Assembly: GCA_951406725.2 (NCBI GenBank)
Contig: OX597816.1
Location: 34,472,001 to 34,536,000, forward strand
Direction: 5' to 3'
Source: Octopus vulgaris
Lineage: Eukaryota
Length of the DNA: 64,000 nt
Shown here: positions 27,301 to 42,405 of the stretch, piece after piece
Layout of the letters: each line of letters begins with the position of its first letter
Position numbering within the stretch: the stretch's first letter is position 1
The notes under the pieces: generated by a model
The model's database searches: none
Told to the model about the DNA's origin: nothing
Seen by the model: the letters and a program-made list of their open reading frames with translations, nothing else
Program-made: the position numbers and the translations under genes

Positions 27301-27743
27301 TATGTAAGTTTCCTTGCATGTGTGAGGTTGATTAGTTTAATCTCAGGTTTTCGCTAATTGAAATGTTTATGATCAAATGCATACCAGGAGCGTACATCCT
27401 ATATTTTCCCAATGTTCCGAGAGCCCAAGATCACACTATGCTATAAATCATTTCCTAATCTGCCACCATGTGCATGATGAGATAATACAGATGCATCGTC
27501 TCTTTCTGTAGCAAGTGTAGCATTGGACTACTAATATTCCCCAGGCGAGTCCTTTAGATGTTATACTGATGTTTTATATTACTGATTTCGAACTTCAAAT
27601 ATAGATAATCATTATACTTAAAATAAATTTTCCATTTAATCTCCCTAAATGGTAATTAATTTTATCATTCTGCCGCGAAACATGACTGCACGCCTTCATC
27701 CACACACACACACAGACGAATACATACATATGTGTATATATAC

Positions 27744-27826
<83 letters not shown>

Positions 27827-27832
27827 TATATA

Positions 27833-27891
<59 letters not shown>

Positions 27892-28299
27892 CGCACACTA
27901 TTTAGCACATGTAAATTTTTTGTCAATCAGCCAACGATTGGCGGATGCAGAATGTAAGAATGAACTCTTCATGCAGATCTGAAGGGTTAACACTATAATA
28001 TTTACAATTAAAAAATATTACGTAACTTTAGAATATCACCTAACTTTAAAAACATGTTAGAGGAACTCTTGTACTCGTCGTTAAATAATCGAGGAACTCA
28101 TTCTTTGTCTCCTTGTTTGGATAGTTTATATACGTGTGTGTGAGTGTGTTTTTAAACCAAATAACTTAAGAGATTGGATTAAATAACTTGTAAGAAGTAA
28201 TATATTATGACACCAACGCTAGCCTTAATATACAAATAGAGAATCTTTAATCCACCATTGTAGTATTCAGCGCTCATCCTCATCGTTACACATTTGCGC

Positions 28300-28340
<41 letters not shown>

Positions 28341-28342
28341 AA

Positions 28343-28440
28343 ATGGAGTGCTCAGCCACTTGCACGTTAATTTCACGCGCAAGCTGTTCCGTTGATCGTA
28401 TCAGTTGGGACCCTCGTCGTCGTAACCGACGGAATGCTCC
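28343..28440 (+). mobile_element. Probable SINE 3' fragment
   Basis: GC-richer island between (TA)n tracts ending ...ccctcgtcgtcgtaaccgacgg; resembles cephalopod SINE tails from recollection only. Confidence 0.4.
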
Positions 28441-28453
28441 TATATATACATAC

Positions 28454-28490
<37 letters not shown>

Positions 28491-28492
<2 letters not shown>

Positions 28493-28626
28493 AGTGGCTG
28501 TGTGGTAAGTAGCTTGTTTACCAACCACATGGTTCCGGGTTCAGTCCCACTGCGTGGCACCTTGGACAAGTGTCTTCTACTATAGCCTCGGGCCAACCAA
28601 AGCCTTGTGAAAAGAAGCCCGTCGTA

Positions 28627-28670
<44 letters not shown>

Positions 28671-28900
28671 TGTGTGTGTTTGTGTGTCTGAGTTTGTCCC
28701 CCTAGCATTGCTTGACAACCAATGCTGGTGTGTTTATGTCCCCGTTACATAGCGGTTCGGGCAAATGAGACCGATAGAATAAGTACTGGGCTTACAGAAG
28801 ATTAAGTCTCGGGGTCGAGTTGCTCGATTAAAGGCGGTGCTCCAGCATGGCCGCAGTCAAATGACTGAAACAAGTAAAAGAGTAAAAGAGTAAAAGAGTA
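28491..28900 (+). mobile_element. SINE family A (tRNA-derived head, internal (TA)n/(TG)n, (AGTAAAAG)n tail)
   Basis: A box tggctgtgtgg, B box ggttcagtcc, CORE-like ccttggacaagtgtc; homologous to 48473 and 52600. Confidence 0.88.
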
Positions 28901-29018
<118 letters not shown>

Positions 29019-30911
29019 GCATGCGCACGCGCGCGCACACACACACACACACTTAGTAAAATAGGAATACTGATGATTTTCTTTTACGAACAGCAACGTT
29101 CGTTTGCAATATTAGATGCTTGCGGCTCCGAAAATAAATTAATCTAATACCAAATTTGAACTCGAAGTAAAATATCATCAAGAAAGTACTACCTTTCGTT
29201 TCCTTTTTCTAGCATTCGATTTACAGTGAAGCATCGACATTTTTTAGTTTGCGTCATATTTAATATTCCAGTGCTAAAAATTTAGTTTCAATTATTTAAA
29301 ACTGTTTACCATTTTATTGTAGGGAGATCTATTAATAGGTGTTAAACTTTTCTTATCATTTTATTTTTTTCCGAATGACGATGGAAATTTGAATTAATAT
29401 GGATGATTTGTGTACTACATTCGGTATGCCATATTTAACGTAATTTTCCGTAGTCGTGACACTGTTTTAATTCTGTTACTTCCGTTCATTCATTTTATTT
29501 TTAACAACGCAAATTATATTCACGAAAATGTATTGGCAAATTATTTTCTGTTTGTAAAATTATACAAAACGATTTACTCTCTTCGTTGGGCTGTAGATTC
29601 TGTCCAAGATATCCATATTGACGTCTGCTGTTCTCATTTGCGTGGAAAACTTTCTGCACTGAATCTCCTTTCTATAAATCTGTAGATTCTAACGTTCTGG
29701 AAAAAAAGAATGAACCCATGTATTTGAGAGCCGATACGAAATTTTGTTAGATTTTGATTGCTTTCTCCAAAGAAATGTGCGCTGTTGTTGGTAACGATAT
29801 TAATCACATTCCCTTAAAACGAATTGTGTAAATTCATAAATTTTTCATATTTCAATTATATCATTTAGCTCATTTCAAACACAAATACACCGGCCAGTGT
29901 TGTATCATATTTGTTACCAGAATGTCATTGAATTTAAATTAAATGATGGTGTATTTTTTGTAAGTGATAAGAGATATTTTGTGATGCGTATCCTCATTTA
30001 ATTACTTCGATTGTACATGAACCACTCGCCGATCTTTTCAATGAAATTAGGTAACATATTTAATTACATTTTGCATTGGAAAAAATGATAACATTCCATA
30101 GAGATTGTCGTATCGGACAATAAATACTTGTTTTTTATACATTCCATACATCAATAATAATAGCACAGCTGAAATCATTAATAAATATATTGTTAATAAA
30201 TAATACTCGATTATCTAATTATATTACATCAGGTATAAAGTAGTAAGACGATAGGTATGTTGAATAACAGTTTGCACAATGATTTTATGAGTATATTATA
30301 GGCCTAAAAATGTGATATTCTTCATTGTTAAATGCTGTATTGATTTCATAATACATGACAACCTTCAATTGCAATAATGAAAAGAGTGAAATTTATGAAC
30401 TCTTAGATGTTTTAGCCTTAATTAGAACATCCAGTTAATCATCTTGGATTTATCAATGCTTAAGATATATTCGTTTTCTATAAAACTTCGTTATGACGTG
30501 GCCTGAATTACGCATCATTCACTTGAATATTTTATACATAATTACACTTAAAGTACCGTTTTGTGTCACAGATGAAGTTAGATGTATATGTAATTGGAAA
30601 AACCTAGGTGTCCTGGTTGTGTTGCTTTAATATAATAAAAACATCATTCACCTTCATCATAGTTAATTGCCCAAAGTTTCATTAGAAAATAACTGTTGAT
30701 GGGAATTTAAGACGTGTACAATTTGTCGGCACTGAACGCATTATTCTATAAGGAAATTCTCAAATACACTTTTGTATGCAGGGAACTTAATATTCCTCAG
30801 AAAATTCTCGAGAAATCCTTTCAAAGTATATCAAGTATGTGAAGAGTTTTGTTGAATGTTGATATCCGAATGATGCACTATTTATTCTTTCTTTGAAAAA
30901 ACTATCGGAGA

Positions 30912-31005
30912 AGAATTTGAAGAATGTTTCCCGGTAGCCGTGCAATCGTTTACACTCCGCATCCTGCGCTTCTTCATCCGTAGCTAATCGACAATCAAAT
31001 AAAGT
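30912..31005 (-). mobile_element. Short mariner transposase fragment, duplicate of 32750-32838
   Basis: gaagaatgtttcccggtagccgtgcaatcgtttacac...ttcatccgtagctaatcgacaa is shared with the 32.7-kb relic. Confidence 0.75.
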
Positions 31006-32376
31006 TTGAATTACCTACTCTCATGTTTGCGCGATCTTAAAAAACAAATCCCATTGAATTGCAATTAGACTTTAACTCAATTAGAAATCTCCTTAAACAA
31101 AATTATCTCAAAATACGCAATGGAGTATTTATTTTTAAGACATATGGCAAATTTAGGGCCCAAGAACTTTTAGTATGTTAATCTTCGCTAAGCAAAAACA
31201 TTTTGTGAATCCAGCTTCTATGCCCGTGCACATGCCAATCTCTAGAAGGGTCAGGATATTTCGTTTCGCGTAGACGGTGCTGAATATATCTCCATATACA
31301 TGATGTCGCATAACCAACTGAGCTACAGATGGACAGATATCATCAGGCTCTGTATGTTTTTATAATGTGGTCATAGATTATCTTCTGTTAATGTCTCCCA
31401 GTGTTAATAGTGTTGATCTAATGTTTATGATAACAGAGTCGTCCTCCGTTAATATTAAGGAGGTTTATGCATTATAAGTTAAATGAACTGTTGTATTTTT
31501 CATAATAGCATAGATATAGTTTATCCGTCACATATTTTAAAAAGCTTAACTAAAATTAACATGTTAACTAAAATTCCAATAGCTAACATTGGATAGAAAT
31601 TCACAAGAAAACTTTTAAAGATGAAAATTTTTATGTTCAATCCGTTATTATAAACACAGAGAAAACAAAGAAACAAAAAAATTACTGATAATGCATAATT
31701 CATATACATTATCAAAGCGATGACTTGCGGTAAAAATAGCACAGTAAAAGGCATTCTACATATGTTATTCGAACGACAAATTTAAGGGAAAGAATTGCAT
31801 TTGGCAATCAAAAATACAAGATAAAATAAAAATTCTGAGAAATTCATGAACACTGATACAAAATGTTTAGGATACCACATGTGTCAGGAAGCTCCTAATG
31901 GGAAATGTTGGGAGAAATAGATACGCGCCTTAAGAATTCCCACTAAGATAAATAGGTAACTACACATCACGACATCATGCAAATTTTGAATCAAAATCCT
32001 CTTGGAGCTGTATAAAAAGAAATGAGATCTTTTTATATTTATTCTATTTGTATTTCTTTTTGCTTTAGAAATGCTAAGGGGAAAACACGAGTAAGAGTAT
32101 AAAACTCAGATTAAAAATACATAGAAAGTGTAATTTTAAGATGGTTAATACAAATTCATTCAACACTCAGTAACAGCAGTGAGTAAACTGCTGAAGGGTT
32201 TGATAGAAATATCATGAGAGAGGTGGTTAAAATGTTGTTTACAAATAGGATAGTAATGATCGTGATGAAGACAATGATGATGATCATGATCATCATTTTA
32301 ATCACCAGTTCATGCCCTTTGGGTGCAATGAATTCATTTAATATATTTCACATAAGAGTGAGGATTATATATAAAT

Positions 32377-32455
<79 letters not shown>

Positions 32456-32679
32456 ACATTCCCGCACCGTTAATGCATGTAGGTATGTAGGTATGTATGT
32501 ATGAATGCATGTAGATATGTATGTATGGAAGTATGCATATATGTATACGTATATATATATATATGTGCATATATGTGTGCGTATGTACGTATTCGTGTGT
32601 GTTCATTTGTGTAAGTGTATGTGTGTGCATGTGTGTGTGCGTGTACGTGTGTGTGTTTTAACCGAAACTTATACGTACT

Positions 32680-33450
32680 CTTATTTCTGTAGTATCTTTG
32701 CTTTTCGATGCATTTGCCACTGCGCTCCAGAAGCCTTCTTATTCCTTCGGAGAAGAATGTTTCCGGGTAGTCGTGCAACCGTTTACACACCGCTTCCTGC
32801 GCTCCTTCATCCGTAGCTAATCGACAACAAAGTAAAGTATGTATGAGTGGCCCGAAGTGACGCTACTTGAATAGGAGTAATGCGGGATATATATGTTCCA
32901 ACAAGTCAAATCACAATTTTTCAATGATTTTTAACGATGTAGGCGTTTGTATGTGAGCGTATATTTTCATCGAAAAATAACACCTGCTTTCACAACAGAA
33001 TTCGGCGTGGTGCGAATCGCTATTATCCCTTTTTTAGCCATCATTTCCCTGTAGCATATACTGGTTAATCTAGACCCCATTTCAAGGTGATGTTCTTGTA
33101 TATGACAATGTTCGTACCCTAAATCGGTGATCATTAATATCCTTGTGGTTGGTGGAGACATATTTCTTTATTTGCAGGCGATTCCGTGTATCTCCACTGC
33201 ACACTGCTCTTCAGTTTCTGGCTGAATGTAATGGATCAAAGTGCCATATCCTGTGACTTTTCACTCCAAACACGCTTCGCATTTATCGCAATAGCACCCA
33301 AGTAATCATTCAAAGTCCACTGGTGGATTGCGCATAGGCACCCCAGTAAGCTCCATTAGTATCCAGCTCACAGGTTTTACTGATGGTTTCGTATGCAGAA
33401 GTATTAATAATTTACACAGAACATGCATCTTTGCCCATCGGTTTGCCTCA
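32680..33450 (-). pseudogene. Degraded mariner transposase
   Basis: AQEAVCKRLHDYPETFFSEGIRRLLERSGKCIEKQRYY matches the mariner C-terminus; GYGTLIHYIQPETEEQ is a degenerate GDETW..Y.PE.K.Q. Confidence 0.75.
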
Positions 33451-35650
33451 GTCATTACTCGAGCCTGTTGAATATATCTAAATAATAATAGAGGCGAGAA
33501 AATGCTCTATTGGTACATGCACAAATTATTAGATATATAGGATGTATGATTGTAACATGCAACAGTTCTCCAATCATGTTTCCAACTAGGAAGTTGGAAG
33601 AGATACTGACTTAAGAAACTGAACTTGAGTAAACTATTATTTCGTGTGCTGTAAAACAAATCTTCAAAAGCAGCAATCCACAGAAATAGTATATAAAGTT
33701 TGATTTCTCACAATGCTAGTCGTGATATTAAAAAGCCAGTTTCAAAACATTATACTATAGGAAATAAATAATAATATTCGGAATTATTTTTCCTTTAATT
33801 TTTCCAATTACTTGTGATTCTTTCTTAAAAATTTTCAATGAATTATAGCCTTTCTTTAATGGCCAAAATATTAGTTCGCGACTGTCGATTTATGCAAAAA
33901 TAAACTCTGACATTCTGAGAGGAATGTTCTATTGACTATCAACGCCGCTGCAGCTTAGCTAATACTTTATTGTCCTGGTTGTGAATCGAAATGTTGTTTC
34001 AAATAGGAAAGAAGAAAAAACCCAGAAACATTTTTGACCGACAAACCCAAGCGATTGGTCGAGTCGGTTGCCTATAAGAATTGGTGTACAATGACTTATA
34101 TCTACATGTTGACATGTCATTTTGCAGGGAGGTTTAGGAACCCTTTGAGGAAACGTACTCAGCAACGTCATCTGAATCGGAATATTAGTTAAAATAGGGT
34201 AATATTTTGTACAACAGTGCCCTACGCAAAATTCGCACAGCATTATTAAAGATATTACAAAATATTAGAATTGGAAGCAGTAGCATCAACATTAGTAACT
34301 CTTCCATATTTGTGACTCTAAATGTAAGGAGTGGCACGTTTTAAAATATGTTATATGCGCATCAAGTTACAGACAATCATTTAAAAATCTAATTTTCCAT
34401 AAGATGATGTGCTCTTAGCTTCATTATAGATTTGAAGTGAAGATATGATGTTGTGCAAATGTGCCCTTGACCATGAATGCTTATTATATTTTATTGTATA
34501 CAAGCGATCTTTATATTCTTATGTGTAAATGTCGACCAAACGTATTTTCCATTTCATTTGCGTCTTCTATCTACTAATTCATTTCCTTTAAGCTCTTCGT
34601 TTCATAAAATTACTCTTTCACTGTACATTTCTATTTGTTTCCATCTATTTCTATGAAAGGTTTCGTGAATGCATAAGGTCACTGACCTTTTATGATGATT
34701 CTACCGACAAGTTGTACTGCCATCTTTAGAAAGTTTAATGTACTGAATGTGAATCGTATTAGGTCGTCTTTAAATACAAAACAAATAAGACCGCAGCTTA
34801 CTAATTGTGCCCGATACTCTGAAAATGTCAACCAACTCTACATGATCTCACATTGTGTCACCATAAAAATAGAAGGAGACATTCGATTGCATCTATATCT
34901 ACACATACATACACACATACACACATATACACACAAACACACATACATATACACATATATGTATATATGCATATGTATATATGTGTGTATGTATGTATGT
35001 ATGTATGTATGTATATACGCATGTATATATGTATGCGCGTGTGTGTCTGCTTCTGTGTCTGTGCGTGTGTGCGAATGCTTGTGTGAATATGTGCATAACT
35101 TTCGTAACCTCAACTACAACCGTAGCATTAATTCTCCCATTAAGGAATGTTCTGAATTATGTTCAGTGGTTTTAAGACATCCAGTCTATAACATATTATT
35201 ATTAACTATAAATCGATGCAAGTATGTAAAATTATTCTCAACAAAAAACATTTGAATGCCATTAGGATAGGCTCTTTATAAACACCAACATAGTAATGTA
35301 ATTTGGTGTGCAGGTATGATGCAATGTAAGTCTTACTTGAGTAAAGCATTGATTTGTATATTTGTTAGTGTATTATTACAAGGTTTTACAGTCGGTTGCC
35401 TTGCATATGTCTGGTCATGGAAGATCAATCAGATTTTGCTATTCATTGTTCAAATGCGTTCATGGAACAGTGAAGTGAAAAGTCTAAATATACGCTAGAA
35501 GGCTTTTAAATAAACATGTTGATCTGAAGAAAAGATTTCTATTATATTAATCGTCTCTATTGCTTAACGAAAATGTTCATTGTCTTCAACATGTTTCTCC
35601 TAGCGAAGAGATAATATGTAATGTTATTTATTATTTTATTATTTTCATAA

Positions 35651-35850
35651 GGCAGCGGGCTGGCAGAATCATTAGCCCACGAAATGCTTGACGGCGTTTC
35701 GTGCTTCTTTACGTTCTGAATTCAAGTTTTTCCGAGATAACTTTGCCCATCTTCTTTTCAGTTTCGATAAAATAAATATTAGCCGAGTTCTTGGGCCGAT
35801 GTAATCGACTAGTTCCATTCAACAAAATTTTAGGTCTATTGTCTATAGGG
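35651..35850 (+). mobile_element. SINE family B
   Basis: ggcagcgggctggcagaatcattagc...tacgttctgaattcaag...tcgataaaataa...gatgtaatcgact. Confidence 0.7.
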
Positions 35851-36249
35851 TGATTTTCTTATGATAGAAAAAGAAATTAAATTGCACTTTGTCATGCACA
35901 GATCTGGAAGAATTCAGTTGTATAACCGACCATTTTCTACCACCGGAAGAGGCTCTTCGGAAGACTCTATCCATAACATGTATCTGTTCAGTGAATTTAG
36001 ACTTACGTCAAACTTGAAACAAGAAAGAGAATCAAAATCAGCGTCATTCAAAGAAAGCATTTAAATAAAGTTGGTTGTATTATTTTGTTTCCAGTAAATT
36101 GCAGATGAGTATATTTTTTTCAGGCTAGATTATAATCGACAGGATGTTTTGTTATTTCACCATTGCTCATTCACTTCAGAACAACTTCTATTCGAAGGCA
36201 AATTGATCATTTAGTGATTAATTCTGCCTTCGAACATACCCTAATTTCG

Positions 36250-36950
36250 GTATATCCTATCCATTATGTTTCCTTTGTTAAGGAACATTGTGTAGGGAGA
36301 TGATGATGATTTGATAATAACTTAGATAACTTAGACAGGTTTTGGCTAGTATATGTCCAGGCTATGTCTAACTTAATAGCACCACCTGGTCAAGTCTTTT
36401 ACTCATATATGGAACACCATGGCTAATCTAGGAATTAGCTATTATTGTTGGAGACATATCCCGGTATAGAAGGTTGGCCCAGGATTTTTTGGAGAGATTT
36501 GTCCAGAGAACCTTTGAATTTCATGGTATCTGTTTTAGTTTTGATATATAATGGTATAGTATTAAAGAGAGCTGAACCGGTTGAGATAAATTAGTTGTGT
36601 CGTAATGTTATGTATCTTGCGTTCGAATTTTATAGTAGGCGGAAACCACGGGGGCCTAGTCTTGGGCGGATTCTCAAACTGATGCCAACATCATTTGTGC
36701 AATATTGATGGAATACTTTCTACATCACACAAATGATGTAGCGCTCACGACGGCGTTGGAGAGAGTAGAAATTGCGTTCTTTTAGTCGAGCCCAATAGAT
36801 AATGTCTGTCATGCCGTCTGTGTTTATTGTTATTGACTTCTGGAACGCTTCCAATTTCATAATGGGTTGCATCGTGAGGGAAGACAACAGCGGGAAACGG
36901 CATTCAAGGTAGAGTAGAAAAGGATTGTGGTGTTAACACTTTTAGACCAG
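36250..36950 (+). pseudogene. Possible highly degraded LINE RT fragment
   Basis: ccacgggggcctagtcttgggcggattc loosely resembles GVPQGSVLGP; raised GC content. Weak support. Confidence 0.25.
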
Positions 36951-38275
36951 GGAGTTCGCAGTTATGACTATTAAATCGAGTGACACACATTCATCATTTT
37001 CATAAATTTTGTAGTTAATGTCAATTGCCTCCAACCTTAATTATCTGTTTTTTCTTAAGCTTTCGACTGTGTTTTAAAATACTTTTTAACACATCAAGCT
37101 ATTTTAGAACTATTTTAAACATGTTCTTATGTAAACCAAAAATAGTCGTAAAGAATAATCCATATTATGAAGGTTACAAAGTCATATATAATGTCGCCAC
37201 GTAGTTCGTTGAATATAAAAACATGCTTAGATGCAGATTTAGATATTACATTTTCTTGTTCTATATCTTTCTGTTCTGACATTTCAAATAAGCAGCATGC
37301 AAGTTTTTCTACGTAAGACATCCATTGCTTGCAGGAGCCATTTAGTGAAACATTTGCTGATTTTTCACTATGAGCTATACTGCATTAAGTGTTAATATTA
37401 TTGAACAATATATTTTTTCATCATATTTCATACGTTAGATTGGATTAGTTCATAGTTAAAACTACAACTGTTTAAAACTGAAACACGCTTGCTAAATAAC
37501 TTTGCATTGATTCTACAACTTCTGTAACAGAATTTAAATAGTATTGTAACGTAAAGATTTTAGAGAACGTTAAGAAATCATTAAGTGAATATAAGCATGT
37601 AATAATCATGCAATAACTTTAGTGTTAGAACCATCTGAAAACGTTAACGAAGCTCAGCGGTATTTTTGGTTTAGAAGAATCTTAAAAATGAATTTGCATT
37701 ATTTCTTTACTGTGTTGACCTGAGTTCGACCCATCTCATTAAATTCGCCAAACGGTACAACGTAAAGTAATAATATATCACGTCATTTCTTTATTATTGC
37801 CCCAACTGAGTAAAATAGCTTCTGGTAAAGTAGCACAATACATTACATATGATATTGATTCATATCACTTGTATATGCCAACAAATCTGTGGAAGGATGA
37901 CAACTGATTAAAGTGCCTCGCTATATTACTCTTATAGAATATACTTGATGGGATTTGAAAACGGATGTGGAAGGGAAGTAACAAAATAATGGAACAAATT
38001 TTGTATGAAATACAGCAAGTAATACCTGACTATTTACTTACCAGCGAAATAGTTAAAGAGCGTGGATAAAGTTACTTGAGAGCAGTAAGTAAACACAGTA
38101 TTTACATTTAACGAGTTCTGTGAAATCCTACTAGTTATGCAATATAAAACGTATAAATTATAGCATAATATACAATTTATATAGTTGTTGCTTCAATTAT
38201 TCGCCTCTCTTCTGAAGTAAAAATTAATTTCATCCTCTTAAAATATATTGTTATCTCATAAGGCTTTGATTCACC

Positions 38276-38306
<31 letters not shown>

Positions 38307-38565
38307 CTATGCTGTCAGTTTGTAGATTATGAGAAATATTGATTCAAGCTTGACGGATTTTCCCGTTAAAATATCCGAGAATGATATAAACAGAACAATT
38401 AGTGTTTTGCTCCATTTCTTACATGTAAACATTAATCGAGAAAACTAAAAAAAATCAATATTTGTTGATAAGTAAGGTATGGGATATTAGTTAGTCACCC
38501 ACAAATCTCAATGTGGCTGAATTTAAAGAAACTTCAACTTACGTTTGATCAGCTCACATAATGAC

Positions 38566-38599
<34 letters not shown>

Positions 38600-40129
38600 C
38601 AAATATTTTTCTAGTTTGATGATTACCTGCTAGCTGATGAGAGAGAGAGAGAGAGAGAGATGTTGCTGCTACGTCTAACACGTTTAATGATGACGTGTAA
38701 GCCCAGTTGAATGACGGTAATGCATGTAGCCATATTGCATATAATAATCGCAGTGCGGCTTGATTCATTCTTTCATTCTTGGTAGTATACGACATCACTT
38801 CTAGGTACTAATTTCCTTGGTAATGACATCCGAAAGCATGAGAATGTTAATGTGGAGAGTTGTCCGCCTAACAACATATACTATATAATAGTGAAATATT
38901 TCCTCTATAACAGTACTTTTGAAACAAAATACGACAGAATACCATGGGAATTAGTATTGGAAAAATTCATGTTGAAATACGAATGACCTGCGGCCAAACA
39001 AAGAAGAGAATACAAAATTTTATTTCTATACTGGAATGAATATGTAGAAACAATCAAACCAGATCAATATATATCATTTTATAGTAATGTACTGTAGAGG
39101 AGTGACATAGATAGAGATTGCGTATTGATATTTTTATTTTATTTCCAAGGAGTAGACTCGAATACACAAAAGTTAATGGTTTAGAAAGAAGTTTACACAC
39201 AACATATTTAGATATTATCAACCGGATTCTCATTGAAGAAAATATCAGTGTATTAAGTCATCATTATATCGCAACGCTAAATATAGACTCCATTTTGCTC
39301 TTCATCACAAAAAATGTATAAAAACGATAATTTGTTGATCGTAATAGCAAAAGAAATAAAATGCAGACATTCATAATAGAAAGAACTCACTAAATAAATG
39401 TCTTCAAGTCGTTATTACTATTACTTAATTGTAAATTGCCTTCTTTAGTTATTTTTAAGCACTCGTAAATAGGAATTATAGCAATAAAAGCTATATGACT
39501 GTGTATGAAGTTACAAATCATGTGAATAAGCACATAGCGGAATAATGTAGCGCTTACAAATGATGTGTATTAAGACTGCATATTTTACTGAGATCAGGAT
39601 TGACAGGAAATTTCTAATGCTTTTCGGTGAGTTTGGTTGCTGAAAAATAAACTATTACTTCTCAAAAGTTTCAAAGTGAAATTGACAGAAGTAAAGATAG
39701 CAGTATTAATGCCTTTTTAAGCACTGGTATGGGAATTACGTATACCTGAAATAATGATGTGAGCTAAAAGATGTATGGGTTTAATGGATGGTCTGGTCGT
39801 TGTAATGTAGATTTGGCTATGTGTACATGCTAGAATAAATTCTCAGCGATCTTGCAGAAATTTAACTAAAGTTCGAGTACATTGAATGCAAGCGTTGTGA
39901 TAGAGCATTGTCTGAAAATTTCGAGGGCTCCCAAATATTCATTGAACAGAACATATCACTTTACTGAAAATATCTTAGTAACATTATTCCATTTCTGCAA
40001 TGTTTCATTTTTTTTGTATTATTTTCTAGCATTGAGTGAAACTAAAGAAGAACTCTTTTGTTTGCTAATTTTGAGATGTTGAAATGCTAATGTATAAATA
40101 GGAATTACAACCCACAAATATTCAAAGAT

Positions 40130-41210
40130 TATTTTAATTATATTTCAAATTTGGAACAGAATATTGAGTTTACCCTTTATTGCATTCACTTAGATAACAC
40201 GATTTATCAGAAATCGCGGCTTGAAGCTGGAAGTACCTATAATATTCATCTGGTTCATAGAGTACTTGAAGAAATGAAAGATTTTGTGAAATTTTCCAAC
40301 TCAAAAGGATAGGAAGATATAGTATGATTTAAATTCTATGGCAAACAAAATGATAAGCTTGAAGACTACTACGTACTGTGAACATATTCATTGAAGATAT
40401 CGAGATGGAATTTAGTCTAGATATCTGTTCCAAGGTCACTTTCCAGGAAGTGATATTGAGGACCTCAAATTCAGTTGGGTTAGATGCTAACACATTTATA
40501 AAAAAAACAACTTGAGCAGAAATAGACATAAATACCTAGGAATATATGAAGACTCTGGAATTCTGCATGCTAGCATCTAAGAGAAGATAAAGAAGGAATT
40601 CGACAGGCCAATTAACTTGAAGCAACAAACAATTGGATAATAAAATCTGGAAAATGCGTAAGAAGATACATTCTGGCATTAATGAGAGCAAAATATTTGC
40701 TATTGATTTCATACATGATACCCAAGCTGAACAACTTGATGGAGGAGCAAATTATTTGCTATTCATTTCAAGCATGATATCCAAGGTGAACAGCCTAATG
40801 GAAGATCGGCAACTGCTTTTGCAAAGAATGTGAAATAAATGGCATGGAAACAGAGGCATGAAAAATTGTCTGTAGGTAGGAGCAGAAATTTCTGCTTTGG
40901 AAATATGTGGCCTGTAGCAAACAAGCTTACGTTGAGCAGAAGCACACTAATATATGGCTTCGAAGCTGAGGGATACAAACAGAGACTCAAGGCCTAATTA
41001 TAAGCAGCTCTAGATCAAAACATATTGATCCGGAACTACCAAATCATTGTGAGGGAAAATGGAATAGATACAAAATGCCGATATTGCAATGATAATATTG
41101 AAACAGTGGGCTACGTAATCTCTGGGTGTAAAGGTTTAGCACCAATGCTGTATAAATCAAGTCATGGAAGAGTTGGCTAGCACCTATGGTTAATATGTCG
41201 GCACTATAAA
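40130..41210 (+). pseudogene. Old R4/Dong-clade relic (thumb to zinc knuckle)
   Basis: LDNKIWKM, GGA, WLRS*GIQTETQGL..AALDQ and KCRYCNDNIETVGYVISGCKGLA are homologous to the young element. Confidence 0.8.
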
Positions 41211-41355
41211 AATCAAAATGCGATTTGCTTCAATAAGTGAACACTGCTGCATTCATTTTAATGGCCTATCAATATATTGAGGGTCCATTAAAATATGTTG
41301 CTACCATTTCTTGCGTGTGTCGGGAACACACAGCAACAAATGGAAACGAAACTGA

Positions 41356-41396
41356 TAATAATAATAATAATAATAATGATGATAATAATAATAATG

Positions 41397-41489
<93 letters not shown>
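41356..41489. repeat. (TAA)n microsatellite
   Basis: Direct reading. Confidence 0.97.
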
Positions 41490-41559
41490 GAAATCCTCCT
41501 TATGTTGATAAACCCACCTTAAAGGGGAAAGGATCGCCTTATCTATGACTGGCAGGCCG

Positions 41560-41990
41560 CTAATATACGGGTGGTTCTGATGACTGCACACCACGTTACT
41601 TTTTATGCGTTTAATGCAAATAAAACGTATTATCCCACATGAAACTGGTTGTCCGAATAAAGACCCTAGCATGACAATTATCGAGTTATGCAGCAGGATG
41701 GGTCTGTTTCTTATCTAAATTCTCTTCCAAAGATATGAAAACGATGTTCCCAAAACAAACATTGCGCTGTAGTGATATACTATTTCAGAATCGAGCCTAC
41801 CTAAACAGGTTATATGAAAAAGAAGCATAAAGTGATAATTGGCTCCCTTCATACAATACCCGAATTGCTATCTAAGGGGTTAAAGATATTAGAATTAAAA
41901 ATTCGCATCCTGGGCCAACAGTAAAATGCAATCCTGTATGCTGCAAGAATCCTAAGGAGGATTCTTGCTATTTGGGGAAACTTGTTGCAG
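41560..41990 (+). pseudogene. R4-clade C-terminal relic
   Basis: TIPELLSKGLKILELKIRILGQQ*NAILYAARILRRILAI resembles the R4 terminus QK.ALLGTA.ILR+.L. Confidence 0.6.
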
Positions 41991-42059
41991 TCAAATCTCA
42001 AGACAGCATCCCTGCTAAATAAGATATCATACAGGTATTATAATAGTAATAATTCTTTC

Positions 42060-42405
42060 TAATTTTAACACAAAGCCAGCAATTCTGAGAGGATGGGGCA
42101 TGTCGACTAAATAGATTCCATAATTATATATTATTTTATCTCCCTCTACCCTTGAATGAAATGCGAGGAAATATGAGATCGGCGAGAATTGGATAGAACA
42201 CATGAATACCCGACAAATATCCCCACTAGCATTTCATCCCACACACTAAAAATGTTGTTTCCGTTTTTGGCAGATAGCTAGTAACATTGGTTTGAAAATT
42301 TGGCACAAGGAAGGTGGTTAAAGCGGTTCTATTGACCCCACAGATCTACTGATCTTTTTTGTATTGATCCTGAAACATGATAGTGAAATTCGACCTCAGC
42401 GGAGA
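42060..42405 (-). mobile_element. Degraded SINE family B fragments
   Basis: tttggcacaagg...ttgacccc...tcgacctcagcgga is similar to the reverse strand of family B. Confidence 0.45.
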
